Positions 33,385 to 44,001 of a stretch of DNA of 64,000 nt are shown one piece after another. This DNA is from Candidatus Binatia bacterium (GTDB taxonomy: Bacteria > Desulfobacterota > Binatia > UBA9968 > CAXXLF01). The stretch spans positions 32,001-96,000 of the forward strand of contig CAXXLF010000001.1 in assembly GCA_963664015.2 (NCBI GenBank), in the 5' to 3' direction. Under the pieces are notes generated by a model. That model searched no databases and had not been told where the DNA came from. It saw only the letters and a list, made by a program, of their open reading frames with translations. The position numbers and the translations under genes are program-made. Position 1 is the stretch's first letter. The number at the start of each line of letters is the position of its first letter.

Positions 33385-33861
33385 ATAGAACCCCCTTTAA
33401 TCTGTTAAACTGTTTTCCCTTTAAGGCAGCTACTTCCTATGATTAGATAATCCTCACTCTTGAAACTTTAAGGGTAGAAATTCTTGACCATTGAGTCAAT
33501 CCCTAAAACTCCCAGCTTGAGAATAACAGGTATTTTTCTTAGGTAGGCAGCGAAGGAAGCCTTGTTTTCGGGAGGGGGGGGGTTAAAAGCGGGAACAACA
33601 GAGGACGGGAAAACCCAGTGGGAAAGGTCTTTAAGCGAAGTACCTGGATCTTCGAACGGCATTGAAGGTGATCAGAGACGCCCTGAGGAGTGTCGGAAAA
33701 CGGTAAACGCCCAATCCCGGATTCGTGATTTATCGACCCGTACACCAGGGAAGTTACACCAACGGGTAAGATATCCGGCCCCCATAAATCGCGTTTCATG
33801 AAAAGATCTCGGCATGAGCAATAGCGGTCTCGGACCGAACGGACTAACCTAGGAAAAAATA

Positions 33862-35035
33862 ATGCAAAAGGAACAACCGATTATTCAGGAAACGACTGAC
33901 AATGCGGCGGGCGCCTTCTGGAGCCGGGTCTCTGCGTACGACCAATGGACTGAGTCTCTGGGTATTCCCATCCATAAAGGGTATTACATCGAGGATTTGA
34001 GAACGCTGGAACTTGGAGAGTGGGCAGAGCGTGAATGCCAAGCAGCCTTTTTAAAGCTCGCCGGCCAGGAAGGAGTCGGCGAGGCCCGAGTTACCGAGAT
34101 CGCTCCTGGAAAACCGCTGCCTCCCTTAAAGTTTACTCTGATGAGATCGTTTATATCGTCGAACGGCGTGCTTTGACCACCCTGTGGGGAGGGGAAGGTA
34201 AAGCAAAGAAAACCTTCGAATGGCAGAAGCACAGCATGTTTTTGATCTCCCGAAATTACAGCCATCAGTTAAGCAATATGCAGGGCGATAAGCCGGTCAG
34301 GCTGCTGCATTACAATTACCTTCCCATTGCCATGTCCATCGTGCCCGACGTGAGGTTGTATTTCGATAACCCCTACGTCGATCTGGACGTTGTGTACGGT
34401 CAGGATGGTGAATCCTATTCTCAGGCAAAGATTTTGAGACAATCAAAAGGATGCCGTTCGGGCCGGAGCACGTCGCTCCCCGGGAGGAAGCGGTGCCTTC
34501 TGGTTCGGTAATTTTTCCCCCGATATGAAGGCCTGGGATCAACTGGTTCCCTTCATAAGGCAGGGGAGCCGGAGGCCATGCCGTCTGGATTCGATTCCCG
34601 AGCTCGCCCCTGTGGAGCCATATATCGGTTCTCCCTTCCCGAACCTACAAAAAGGCCCACAGGCACGGCCCCGGAGTGGTGATCGTTATTCCTGATGGTG
34701 AGGGCTTCTCTGTAATGTGGCCGGAAAGTAAGGAAAGGGTAGTCATTCCGTGGCATGAAGCTAGTATCTTTGTACCTCCCGCCCGGTGGGATTACCAACA
34801 CTTCAATGTTAGTGGCCTTCCTTCAAGATACCTTGCCTTTCACTCACCAAGAGGGTGGAATGCCTACAGTGAAAAAGTGGAAGACAGGGCAAGAGACCAA
34901 ATTGAATATCCGGATGAAGATCCTTGGATCAGAGAAAAATTTGAGAGTGGACTGGCTCAGAGGAGCCTAAAGTCTCTCATGCCTGGGGAGGCTTATCAGG
35001 ACCTAAACTTCGAATGGACCTACGAAGAGGACTAA
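33862..35035 (+). pseudogene. Bicupin protein (paralog of 269..1345), multiple frameshifts
   Basis: GYYIEDLRTLEL, DEIVYIV, TFEWQKHS, KKAHRHGPGVVIV, DQIEYPDEDP spread over three frames. Confidence 0.82.
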
Positions 35036-35233
35036 CCGCCTCAGCGGTGAAAATAGATATTTATTCACCGCAAGGGTGCAATGCACCCTGGAGCATTAGA
35101 AATTGGAGAAGGGGAGCAGTGGAGAGGCCAATGTGGTCCACTGATCAATTGTCCATTTTCTTTCCAGAACAATGACAACACTGGTACTCCGGTCTACTTC
35201 TCTACTATCCACGGCTCCAAGGCGCATTGCGCC

Positions 35234-36028
35234 TTAGGGGTATGGATTTTCCATGGCCGCCCGTTTCATCTGGGCGTGGAGATCGACCATGGCACGGGCA
35301 CAGTATTCCAGAGAGTAACCGGTCCTGAACTCCACATGGCCGCTTTCCAATGCTTGCTGAAGAACGGCGCGGTTAAAGGAGCCATGGCCCATAGCCTCTT
35401 GCCCGCTCTCGCCCAGCGCGTGGGACTCGAGATCGGCCTCCTCGTGAGTCGAAAAGTAGACCGCCTGCTCCTTGGTGAAGTTGTAATGAGTCGTGAGCGC
35501 CTTGAACCATGCCCCGGACCAGTGAGATAGGGATTCCTCGAAAACATGCATTCCCCACAGCTCAATGAGGGAGCCATCAATAAAAATCTTATGGGTAAAA
35601 TCATTGAGGGCTCGAGCCTCGGGCAGGTAGGGGTCTTCCAAAACCTCCTCTTTTGTCAGCCCCATAGCTTCCGCAGTCTGGACGAGCACGAGGACGTGTC
35701 CGGGGGCCCTGGGGGAGATCAATTCATCGGCGATCTTGGCACAAAACGGGCCCAGCAGCTCGTAGTGGCGGACAAAAAAGTTTAAATGGGTGTGATAGGA
35801 GAGGGCATTGAGAGCATTGACGTCCAAAGCGAAGTGTCCCCAGTTCTTGAAAAACTGCCGGATGACGGGCATGGGCAGTTTTCCCTCCCTTAGTTGGGTC
35901 ATGAATGGACTCCCCGGGATCTTGGTCTTCCAGTACTCGTACATCTGGCTGTACAGATAGTCCACATAGGCCTTGGCCTCGTCGGGGCTCATCTTCACAC
36001 CAGGGCGGAGCTCAGGGGTTTTTGACAT
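35234..36028 (-). CDS. Heme-oxygenase-like diiron enzyme (TenA/PqqC/CADD superfamily)
   Basis: All-helical; ADE...GH, FEE, YFSTHEEADLESH ligand pattern. Confidence 0.75.
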   Translation of the reverse strand: MSKTPELRPGVKMSPDEAKAYVDYLYSQMYEYWKTKIPGSPFMTQLREGKLPMPVIRQFFKNWGHFALDVNALNALSYHTHLNFFVRHYELLGPFCAKIADELISPRAPGHVLVLVQTAEAMGLTKEEVLEDPYLPEARALNDFTHKIFIDGSLIELWGMHVFEESLSHWSGAWFKALTTHYNFTKEQAVYFSTHEEADLESHALGESGQEAMGHGSFNRAVLQQALESGHVEFRTGYSLEYCARAMVDLHAQMKRAAMENPYP

Positions 36029-36162
36029 TTATCTTCCTCCTTGAATGGCCGGTGATTTTTCGCAATCAGAATATCTGGCGTGCTTACCATCGGTCACGCA
36101 GCTTGTCAAGAAACCCTTGTTGTGCTTTAAAACACTTGAACAAACGGGAAGGAGACACGAAC

Positions 36163-36828
36163 ATGGCTCAAGATAGTCTCGTCGCACGCCTGGCAAAACT
36201 CGATACTTGCGGAGTTTCCGATGCCCTGGACCGTCTGGCTCTCAGGGGAGCGACCATTGGGATTCGTCCCGTATGGCCCTGCCCGAGAATCGTGGGACGG
36301 GCAGTCACGGTCAAAATCAAACCCGCCGGCCTCGATAAATCGACCCAACACATCGGCACTCCGGCAATCGAAGCCGCTCAACCGGGGGACATCATTGTTA
36401 TTGATAACGCCGGCCGGCCGGATGTCTCCGTTTGGGGCGGGCTCCTGTCTTTGGCCTCCAAGACCAAAGGGCTCAGCGGTGTCGTCATTGACGGCGCGTG
36501 TCGGGACGTTGACGATTCTCGAGATGCGGGATTCCCGGTCTTTGCTCGAGCCGCTGTCTGTGTCACAGCAAGGGGGCGAGTGATGCAAAAATCGTTCAAT
36601 GAAGAGATCCAGTTCAGCGGCGTACAGGTGCACCCAGGGGATCTCGTTATTGCCGATCACAGTGGTGTAGTCATCGTGCCACAGGACAAACAAGAAGAGG
36701 TTATTACTCAGGCGGAGGAACTGGTGGCTACCGAGTCCCGAATGGCCGAGGGAATCCGCGCGGGTCGGCCCGTGGTTGAAGTCATGACAAACCTTGGATA
36801 CGAATCCATGTTAAAAAAGGAGGGGTAA
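36163..36828 (+). CDS. RraA/HMG-CHA aldolase family protein 1
   Basis: VSDALD, VWGGLL, DGACRD, PGDLVIAD. Confidence 0.88.
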   Translation: MAQDSLVARLAKLDTCGVSDALDRLALRGATIGIRPVWPCPRIVGRAVTVKIKPAGLDKSTQHIGTPAIEAAQPGDIIVIDNAGRPDVSVWGGLLSLASKTKGLSGVVIDGACRDVDDSRDAGFPVFARAAVCVTARGRVMQKSFNEEIQFSGVQVHPGDLVIADHSGVVIVPQDKQEEVITQAEELVATESRMAEGIRAGRPVVEVMTNLGYESMLKKEG

Positions 36829-36832
36829 GAGG

Positions 36833-37477
36833 ATGGATGCTCGAGTTGAGGCCTTCAAAGAACTTTCCGTCGCCGCGGTTTCCGATGCGATGGATCGACT
36901 GGGAATGCACGGGACCTGCCTAGGGGTCGCTCCACTGGCCAACGGGTACAGGATGGCTGGACGGGCATATACCTTAAAATATATTCCCGTAGGAGTCATC
37001 AAGGGAACAGTCGGGGATTATATCGACGATGTACCCCCGGGAGACGTGGTTGTTTTGGACAACGCTGGGCGTATCGATTGCACCGTCTGGGGTGACATCC
37101 TGACTTCCGTAGCCCACAAACGCGGCGTCGGTGGCACAGTCATCAACGGGGTATGCCGTGACGTGGCCCGCAGCCTGGGCCTGGTATACCCGATCTTCAG
37201 CCGGGGCAAGTTCATGCGCACGGGAAAGGACCGCGTACAGGTCGACGGCATGAACATCCCCGTCTCTCTAGGCGATGTCCAGGTCGCACCTGGCGATATC
37301 CTGGTTGGTAGCGACGACGGGATCGTTGTCGTCCCCAAGGAAAAAGAAGAAGAGATATTGAATGTGGCACTGTCCATCTCGGAGGCCGAGGGAAAACTAC
37401 TAGCTGAGGCCATGAAGGGGACACGCCTCGACGAAGCGAGAAAGAAGTATCGCTACCACGAACTGCAACGGCATTAA
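36833..37477 (+). CDS. RraA/HMG-CHA aldolase family protein 2
   Basis: VSDAMD, VWGDIL, NGVCRD, PGDILVGSDDG. Confidence 0.88.
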   Translation: MDARVEAFKELSVAAVSDAMDRLGMHGTCLGVAPLANGYRMAGRAYTLKYIPVGVIKGTVGDYIDDVPPGDVVVLDNAGRIDCTVWGDILTSVAHKRGVGGTVINGVCRDVARSLGLVYPIFSRGKFMRTGKDRVQVDGMNIPVSLGDVQVAPGDILVGSDDGIVVVPKEKEEEILNVALSISEAEGKLLAEAMKGTRLDEARKKYRYHELQRH

Positions 37478-37496
37478 GTTTCACTAAGGATCCCTC

Positions 37497-38138
37497 ATGC
37501 CTGATACAAAAGCTCCCAACATTTCTCCGCCGGACGCGGTACTTGTACAGCGGGCTGCCACTTACCCCTCGGCAACGTTACACGAGGCCATAGGGAGAAG
37601 GGGTGCGCTGCCCCATGACATCAAACCGATTGCTTCCAAAATGAAAGTCTGTGGGCCTGCTATAACAGTAAACTGTCCACCAATGGAAAACCTTGCGATC
37701 CATCGGGCCATTTATATGGCGCAACCCGGGGATGTACTGGTGGTCACTGTGGGTGGGGCGTACGGAGGCGGTTACTGGGGCGAGATCATGACCTTTGCAG
37801 CCCAGCAGCGAAAAATTGCCGGACTGGTTATCGACGGCTGTATTCGCGATAAGACTCTGATCGAAGAGATGGGCTTTCCCGTATTTTCCCGTGGGTTGTC
37901 GATTTGGGGCACGGTCAAAAACCAGGAGGGAACGGTCAACGCTCCCATCTCCATTGGAGACGTAGTAATCACCTCCGGCGACCTTATCGTTGGGGATGAC
38001 GATGGCCTCGTTGTGGTCCCCCGTCAGGAAATCGCGACCGCAATCGAAGCCTCGGAACAGAGAGAACAAAAAGAGGAGCAGTTCATGAAGGAGCTGGCCA
38101 AAGGTAAATCAACCCTGGAGCTCTTGGGTCTCAAATAG
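37497..38138 (+). CDS. 4-carboxy-4-hydroxy-2-oxoadipate aldolase-like (LigK/RraA family)
   Basis: ATLHEA, YWGEIM, DGCIRD, GDLIVGDDDG. Confidence 0.85.
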   Translation: MPDTKAPNISPPDAVLVQRAATYPSATLHEAIGRRGALPHDIKPIASKMKVCGPAITVNCPPMENLAIHRAIYMAQPGDVLVVTVGGAYGGGYWGEIMTFAAQQRKIAGLVIDGCIRDKTLIEEMGFPVFSRGLSIWGTVKNQEGTVNAPISIGDVVITSGDLIVGDDDGLVVVPRQEIATAIEASEQREQKEEQFMKELAKGKSTLELLGLK

Positions 38139-38237
38139 CAACCGCTAGTAAGCGACTCGCTGACAGCTTTCATTCCCACCGACAACTACCACGAACAAAA
38201 TCACGTTCTGCCACGCTCTACCCCTTACTCTAAGCGC

Positions 38238-39089
38238 CTAGTCGTCGTCGGAGTCGATCACAACTTCCCAGTCTTGCTCGGAAAATACTCGATGTGCCGC
38301 TTCGGCGCCTTGCAAGGTAATTCCCAACTGTTTCGCCAGCTCGATAGCCCGCCCCGTCCTCCCCGAACGGAGCCTGAGCCGGAACTTATGCTCGCCGTGA
38401 GTCAGCATCCCTTCAACCAGTTCGTTCAGGCGCCACGATTGGGCACACCCTCCGGTAACCGCACGCGCAAACAGCTTCGGATCCAGACCGGCCTTTTTGG
38501 CCAGGGAAAGGCCCTCATAGATCCCTAGTTCACACAGGGCCTGCATCATCTGATTGACCAGCTTGCCCATCTGGCCATTCCCGTTCTTTCCCAAATAGGT
38601 GACTGTGCTACCAATATACTGGAGCACGGGCAGGGCACGCTGGTAGGCCGAGTAACTTCCCCCGACAAAAACCGTGAGATGACCGTCGATGGCACCGGCA
38701 TCCGCTCCACTGACCGGCGCATCCAGCATCTCGACACCTTGTTCCCGTAGGGAAGTCGAAACTCGGATAGCCTGTTCCGGAGGCGTGCTGCTCAGATCCA
38801 CGAAGACCAGATCTTTCTTTCCACTGGTCACTAGCCCGTCTTTCCCCAGGGCAACTACTTCGGACGCCGATGCCTGAAGCGATGCCAGGACGATGCTCGA
38901 GCGACGGGCAACCTCGGCAGGGGAGGCAGCCATAGTGGCCCCTTCCGCCAGGTGGCGTTTCATCGCTTTTCCGTCGATATCGAACACGGTCACGGGAAAC
39001 GAGGCCCGCAATAACCGGAGCGCCATAGAGCCCCCCATGCTACCCAATCCGATAAAACCCACGCTGTCCCTTTGAGGTATTTCGGCCAC
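38238..39089 (-). CDS. NAD(P)-dependent oxidoreductase, 3-hydroxyisobutyrate/tartronate semialdehyde reductase family
   Basis: GFIGLGSMG, DAPVSG, GKLVNQ. Confidence 0.88.
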   Translation of the reverse strand: MAEIPQRDSVGFIGLGSMGGSMALRLLRASFPVTVFDIDGKAMKRHLAEGATMAASPAEVARRSSIVLASLQASASEVVALGKDGLVTSGKKDLVFVDLSSTPPEQAIRVSTSLREQGVEMLDAPVSGADAGAIDGHLTVFVGGSYSAYQRALPVLQYIGSTVTYLGKNGNGQMGKLVNQMMQALCELGIYEGLSLAKKAGLDPKLFARAVTGGCAQSWRLNELVEGMLTHGEHKFRLRLRSGRTGRAIELAKQLGITLQGAEAAHRVFSEQDWEVVIDSDDD

Positions 39090-39647
39090 TCAAGACCTCC
39101 CATCGAAATCTGGGGCATTCTCCAGTTGCTCCACACGAGAATATCCAATCATCTTATAGAGCCGATTGGTTGCCACGATCAATTGTACCGGTGACGATGG
39201 ATCCCCATTGAAGTGCTGGTGAATGGTGTTATGGGGGATATAGACCAGGTCCCCTGCCTTCCACCCCCACCGGCTGGGCTCTTTTGCCGGGCGCGCATGG
39301 TACCTGTCCGTGATCTCGACTTCCACTTCCCAGTGCATATCGAACCCACGCCCCTTGAGTATGTAAACAAACTCCTCGTTCTGGTGGCCGTGGCCCTTGT
39401 CCCTGGCGCCGGGGGCCAGAGTCACGTAGTGGGCGTGAAGACTCTGGGTGACAAAGGGCTCGGCCTGCGGGCTGAGGATGTTCTTCTCTTCCGCACTGCC
39501 GACCTTGTCCGAGCTTACCTCACGCCGGATCACACGTGGCACGGTCGCCAGCCGGTGCCGTCTGGCTTCGGTCAAAGAGTAGGTTTGACTCTCTACACCC
39601 TTTACGAAGATGCGCGATTTCGAATATCTCGCAGGAGGATTTGCCAT
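39090..39647 (-). CDS. Cupin domain protein
   Basis: GHGHQNEEFVYILKGRG, IPHNTIHQHFN. Confidence 0.82.
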   Translation of the reverse strand: MANPPARYSKSRIFVKGVESQTYSLTEARRHRLATVPRVIRREVSSDKVGSAEEKNILSPQAEPFVTQSLHAHYVTLAPGARDKGHGHQNEEFVYILKGRGFDMHWEVEVEITDRYHARPAKEPSRWGWKAGDLVYIPHNTIHQHFNGDPSSPVQLIVATNRLYKMIGYSRVEQLENAPDFDGRS

Positions 39648-40001
39648 ACCTTAGTTCCTTTCCTCATTACCTAATAGTGACGAGGGGTAGCGCAGCAATT
39701 AATGCTTCGGACTCCCGGTAGGCAGACCGCCCTAACGCCACAGTCGTAACCCCATGGTAAACGGTTTACATTTTTAATTCATTAATCTTGGAATTCGCTT
39801 ATCGGTATCTGATTTCGGTAACGTAAGGCATTGCGGTTGTCAAGGGACCAACGGATCAGGCATCCGAGAAAACGTTCTTGAGATACGATTCATTCTCGGC
39901 TAGTGTCAAAATCCATTACAGGTCAAGAATGGACAGTGCAGTAGACCTAAATAGTATAGTCCAGCAGCAACTAAGGAGCAGCAAATAATCAGCAAAATAA
40001 G

Positions 40002-40160
40002 GAAACGAGATACTGACCCGTATTGGCTCCGGCACCCCGGCGGATAAATTCCTACGACGCTACTGGCAGCCGGTAGCTGTTGCCGCCGAGCTGGACGGAT
40101 AACCCGATCAGGAGGGTGCGCATCCTGAGTGAGGACCTGGTCCTTTACCGAGGGAAAGCG
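40002..40160 (+). pseudogene. Remnant of Rieske oxygenase N-terminus
   Basis: ENEILTRIGSGTPADKFLRRYWQPVAVAAEL, then shifted RVRILSEDLVLYRGK; no start and no Rieske motif. Confidence 0.65.
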
Positions 40161-40498
40161 GAGCTTGCAACAGAAACGCGATACCGATCGTAATACCGCA
40201 GAACATCATTGCCTTGTTTACCTTGTCCGGATCATCGGTAATCAGCCTCCAGATGCTACGCTTGGGCGTGGTGACGACAGACACCAACACGGGTACATAC
40301 CCAGCAGGCCCTTCAGAATAAATACTATTAGATCCTTCATCGAAATAAATTGTCCTAAAGAATAGACCGCACCCTATGGTAGTCTAATCGAACGGTAGGA
40401 TTACCAGGAAGGGGGTTATGATGCTACTTCTAGCTTCGCAGCGGCTGTTCCGTCAACAAAAGACTCCCGACTCCTTTTCTTTCACATATATCAAAGCG

Positions 40499-40810
40499 CT
40501 ATTGCCGCCCCAACACCTTTAAATGTTGCATCACCTTTATATTGAGATCCTTAACGATATAATAAGACCAGATACTGAAGGCGACAATACCGATCGTCAG
40601 AACGATTTTGGTAATGGGTTTGTACTCTGGATGTATCCATGCCAAAGGCAGGGCAAATGGGCCGACAGAAAGCAGAGAGAAAGCAACGACAGAAGTTGAG
40701 AAATACCAGTTTCTTTTTGGCGGATGAGACTGGTTAATAAATTCATTGCCAGAACGACACTTTATGGCCGCATCTTGTATCTCTTCTGCGCAGAAAGGGC
40801 ATAAGGTCAC
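40499..40810 (-). CDS. Zinc-ribbon small membrane protein (possibly degenerate)
   Basis: CPFCAEEIQDAAIKCRSG (fourth Cys lost) followed by TM helices. Confidence 0.55.
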   Translation of the reverse strand: MTLCPFCAEEIQDAAIKCRSGNEFINQSHPPKRNWYFSTSVVAFSLLSVGPFALPLAWIHPEYKPITKIVLTIGIVAFSIWSYYIVKDLNIKVMQHLKVLGRQ

Positions 40811-41060
40811 AACTTGATTGTACTGCGGGTCCGGTATCTTAACAAGGGAAGATTAACGTGGGAAAATTGGATAAACACTGCACTCCCGGTCAGTGTATTT
40901 TGAGTAAGGAATTGATGTAGTGTCCTTTGAAATAAATGGGAGGAAGCTCGGATCCGGATAATTCACGTCCTCCTCGCTACGTGCCGGTTCAGGTCTATGG
41001 CGAAGCCTCGAGATACGATTCCCGAGATGATGAAAAATGGGTTTGGATATCCTGCCAATC

Positions 41061-41090
41061 TTGACAAGGCGAGCGGGAGTCCGATATAAG
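41061..41090 (+). promoter_or_regulatory. Putative sigma70 promoter of ligB/ligA-like cluster
   Basis: TTGACA-N18-TATAAG, 35 nt before the ATG. Confidence 0.55.
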
Positions 41091-41124
41091 AAGGGCCGGT
41101 CAATTCCCACCCGGAGGTTAATTC

Positions 41125-41982
41125 ATGGCAAAACTCGTTGAGATTATCGGCATTACCCACAACCCCTTTCTCCCTACACTAATGAAAGCACCCGCCCCGG
41201 ATCCGGTCATCGTGCAGACTGCCAAGGACTATGATTGGATGCGGCAAAAAATGACCAAGGCCAGACCCGATGTCTTGATCGTTGTTGCCAGCGACCACCT
41301 GAACCAGTGGTTCACGGACAACATGCCCGCATTTATGGTGGGCAAGGCACCCTCCATCGAGGGGCCCGCACCAATAGAGATTCGCGCCTTCGGCCTGGCC
41401 CCTTATAAAGCCAAGATAGACACGGACATTGCCAAGGGTATCATCACGGAAGGCTCCCGTCTGGGCGTGGACTTCGCATTCTCCGACGAGTGCATGATTG
41501 ACCATGCCTTCACGGTACCGTTAAATTTTATACGCCCCGAGATGGACCTTCCCATTGTACCCATCTGGACCAACGTCATGGCTCAACCACTACCCAAAGC
41601 GCAGCGTTTTTACGACGTTGGCCAGCGCATCCGGGAAGCCGTCGAGGCGCTGCCCAACGGCACCCGGGTCGGTGTCGTCTCCAGCGGCCACCTGGCGGTG
41701 GAGGTCGGCGGTCCCAAGTCCTCTGACTACTCCGGGGATACAGAGTTTGATCGGCGCATGATGGAGTTGATCACTACCGGAGACGCACAAACGTTGATTC
41801 GGGAGGCGACCTTCGAGCGCATGGTGAAAGCGGGCAATGTGACCCCCGGATTTTTGAACTATGTTCTCCTCATGGGGATCGCCGGCGGGGCCAAACCCAC
41901 CGCCACGGGGTTGGAATTTCCCGAGGTCACCGCGGCCATGCACTATATGGACTGGGAGATAGATGGAGGAGGAGCTGCATGA
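41125..41982 (+). CDS. Class III extradiol ring-cleavage dioxygenase, LigB-like subunit
   Basis: GITHNP, SDHLNQWF, DHAFTVPL, VPIWTN. Confidence 0.85.
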   Translation: MAKLVEIIGITHNPFLPTLMKAPAPDPVIVQTAKDYDWMRQKMTKARPDVLIVVASDHLNQWFTDNMPAFMVGKAPSIEGPAPIEIRAFGLAPYKAKIDTDIAKGIITEGSRLGVDFAFSDECMIDHAFTVPLNFIRPEMDLPIVPIWTNVMAQPLPKAQRFYDVGQRIREAVEALPNGTRVGVVSSGHLAVEVGGPKSSDYSGDTEFDRRMMELITTGDAQTLIREATFERMVKAGNVTPGFLNYVLLMGIAGGAKPTATGLEFPEVTAAMHYMDWEIDGGGAA

Positions 41983-42266
41983 ACAGGTATCAAGTGAATA
42001 AAGTTATGAGGCGAGTTATCCAGGAGCCGGATTGCTTTCAAGCCTTCAAGGAGGACGCTGCTGCCTTCCTCGAAAAACAGAATCTAACCCAGCAGGAACG
42101 GGAGGCACTGATCAAGGTTGACTATCCGACCCTCTATGCCGCCGGGGTTCACCCCTTTCTTCTCAACGGCTTTGTCAATCGGGTCTGGACCGGGGATCGC
42201 GGGAAGCTAAGGACCGAGTATCGTGAAAAGATCGCACCCTTTGGGTACCCGGATTTTTCCACCTGA
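41979..42266 (+). CDS. LigA-like small subunit of extradiol dioxygenase
   Basis: ATGA overlap with the ligB-like gene; Y.VNK, LT.QEREAL...L.AAGVHPFLL. Confidence 0.8.
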   Translation: MNRYQVNKVMRRVIQEPDCFQAFKEDAAAFLEKQNLTQQEREALIKVDYPTLYAAGVHPFLLNGFVNRVWTGDRGKLRTEYREKIAPFGYPDFST

Positions 42267-42379
42267 GCCGGTTACAAGTCCATTCTTCAATCCAGGCAAC
42301 GGTTGAATCCAAGCTCCCCATTGAGTAGGTATTTTTAGCTTCTCTAATAGTTTATTTTACAGCAAAAGGAGAACGCCTT

Positions 42380-43333
42380 ATGGAGTACCGACGGCTCGGC
42401 ACCTCGGGGCTCAAGGTTTCCGCCCTGGGTCTCGGCACCAACAGCATGGGACGCCGCGTGGACGAGCAGGGAGCCAAACGGATCATCGATCAAGCCCTGG
42501 GCTTGGGAATCAACTTTATTGATACGGCCAATATTTACGGGGGGGGCCTATCCGAGGAGTATATCGGCAAGGCCCTCAAGGGGAAGCGCCAGCAGGCCAT
42601 TCTCGCAACCAAGTTCGGCCGCGTCATGGACGACACCCCAAATGGCAGGGGTGCATCGTGCTCGCATATCGCGGATCAGGTGGAGGGCAGTCTAAAACGG
42701 CTTGGCACCGATTTCATCGACCTCTATCAACTTCACATTCATGACCCGGATACGCCCATCGAGGAAACCCTTCGCGCCCTCGACAACTGTGTGCGGCAAG
42801 GCAAGGTGCGCTACATCGGCTGCTCCCAGGTCTCTGCATGGCAGGCGTGTGAAGCCGTCTGGACCTCCATACACTTGAATCTGAATGCCTTCGTATCCGT
42901 ACAATCCCATTACAACCTACTGCAGAGGGAAATAGAAAAAGAAATGGTGCCGTTCTGCCGCGCCTATGGTCTCGGTATCATCCCTTACTTTCCCCTGGAA
43001 GGAGGGGTATTGACAGGAAAGTATCGCCTCGGGGAACCCGCACCCAAGGGGTCCCGCTTTGCTGGAAATCAAGCGGACAATAAACGCATGTCCAAAAGGA
43101 ACCTCTCCATTGTTGCCGGTCTTCAGAAATTCACGGAGCAACGCGGTAAGACGGTTGCCGAGCTCGCCGTCGCCTGGCTCCTTGCCGATCCACTGGTTAG
43201 TACCGTCATTGCCGGAGCCACCCGACCGGAACAGGTGCTGGCCAACGAGCGATCCGTAGGCTGGGATTTAACTCCCGAGGAATTGAAAGAAATCGATGCT
43301 ATTGTTCAAAGTGAAGGCATGACCGCCAACTAG
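42380..43333 (+). CDS. Aldo/keto reductase
   Basis: LGLGT, IDTANIYG, LATK, DLYQLH, GKVRYIG. Confidence 0.95.
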   Translation: MEYRRLGTSGLKVSALGLGTNSMGRRVDEQGAKRIIDQALGLGINFIDTANIYGGGLSEEYIGKALKGKRQQAILATKFGRVMDDTPNGRGASCSHIADQVEGSLKRLGTDFIDLYQLHIHDPDTPIEETLRALDNCVRQGKVRYIGCSQVSAWQACEAVWTSIHLNLNAFVSVQSHYNLLQREIEKEMVPFCRAYGLGIIPYFPLEGGVLTGKYRLGEPAPKGSRFAGNQADNKRMSKRNLSIVAGLQKFTEQRGKTVAELAVAWLLADPLVSTVIAGATRPEQVLANERSVGWDLTPEELKEIDAIVQSEGMTAN

Positions 43334-43353
43334 ACCAACTATAAAGGATTGAT

Positions 43354-43959
43354 ATGACCATCAAGCTATATGACTTTCCGAGTTCACCAAATTGCAAAAG
43401 AGTTAAGGTCGTCCTAGAGGAAAAGAAACTCGCCTACGACAAGGTGTTTATTGATCTTCCAAAAAGGGAGCAGAAACGACCGGAATATCTCAAGCTCAAC
43501 CCGTACGGGAAGGTACCAGTCATTGCCGACGGTGATAGGGTCCTTTACGAGTCGTGTATCATCAACGAATACCTGGAAGAGACCTATCCGGACCCACCCC
43601 TTATGCCTAAAAATCCTCACAAGAGGGGAAGGATTCGCATCCTGATCGATTACGGCATCAACCACTTCGGCGAGCCTTATCAAAAGGTTCGCAAGGAGAT
43701 GGGGAAGGATATCAAGGATCAAGATCAATCCGTTATCGAGGAAGGCAAAAAGACCTTGAAAGAGTTAATCCAACCTTTCGAGGATGAAATTAGAGACCAG
43801 GAGTATCTGGCCGGGGCTTTTTCTCTCCTGGACGCGGATTTGATCCCGCGCTTTGTTCGTTACGAGGAATGGGGTCTCATCCCCGATCCCTCGTTTCCCA
43901 AGCTGGGTCAGTGGTTGAAACGAATGAAAGAGCGCCCCTCGGTACGCGTAATACTGTAA
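43354..43959 (+). CDS. Glutathione S-transferase family protein
   Basis: SPNC, LNPYGKVP, ESCII.EYLEE, FSLLD. Confidence 0.93.
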   Translation: MTIKLYDFPSSPNCKRVKVVLEEKKLAYDKVFIDLPKREQKRPEYLKLNPYGKVPVIADGDRVLYESCIINEYLEETYPDPPLMPKNPHKRGRIRILIDYGINHFGEPYQKVRKEMGKDIKDQDQSVIEEGKKTLKELIQPFEDEIRDQEYLAGAFSLLDADLIPRFVRYEEWGLIPDPSFPKLGQWLKRMKERPSVRVIL

Positions 43960-44001
43960 TGGATAGCAAAGTATCAGACCGTCTTGATGAGGAGATTAAC
44001 T

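Noticed and set aside
33468-33801. Short ORFs upstream of the cupin pseudogene
   Set aside because: No RBS or motif support
39756-39770. GTAAAC-G-GTTTAC palindrome resembling a LacI-type operator
   Set aside because: Single occurrence and no regulator in the window; could be chance
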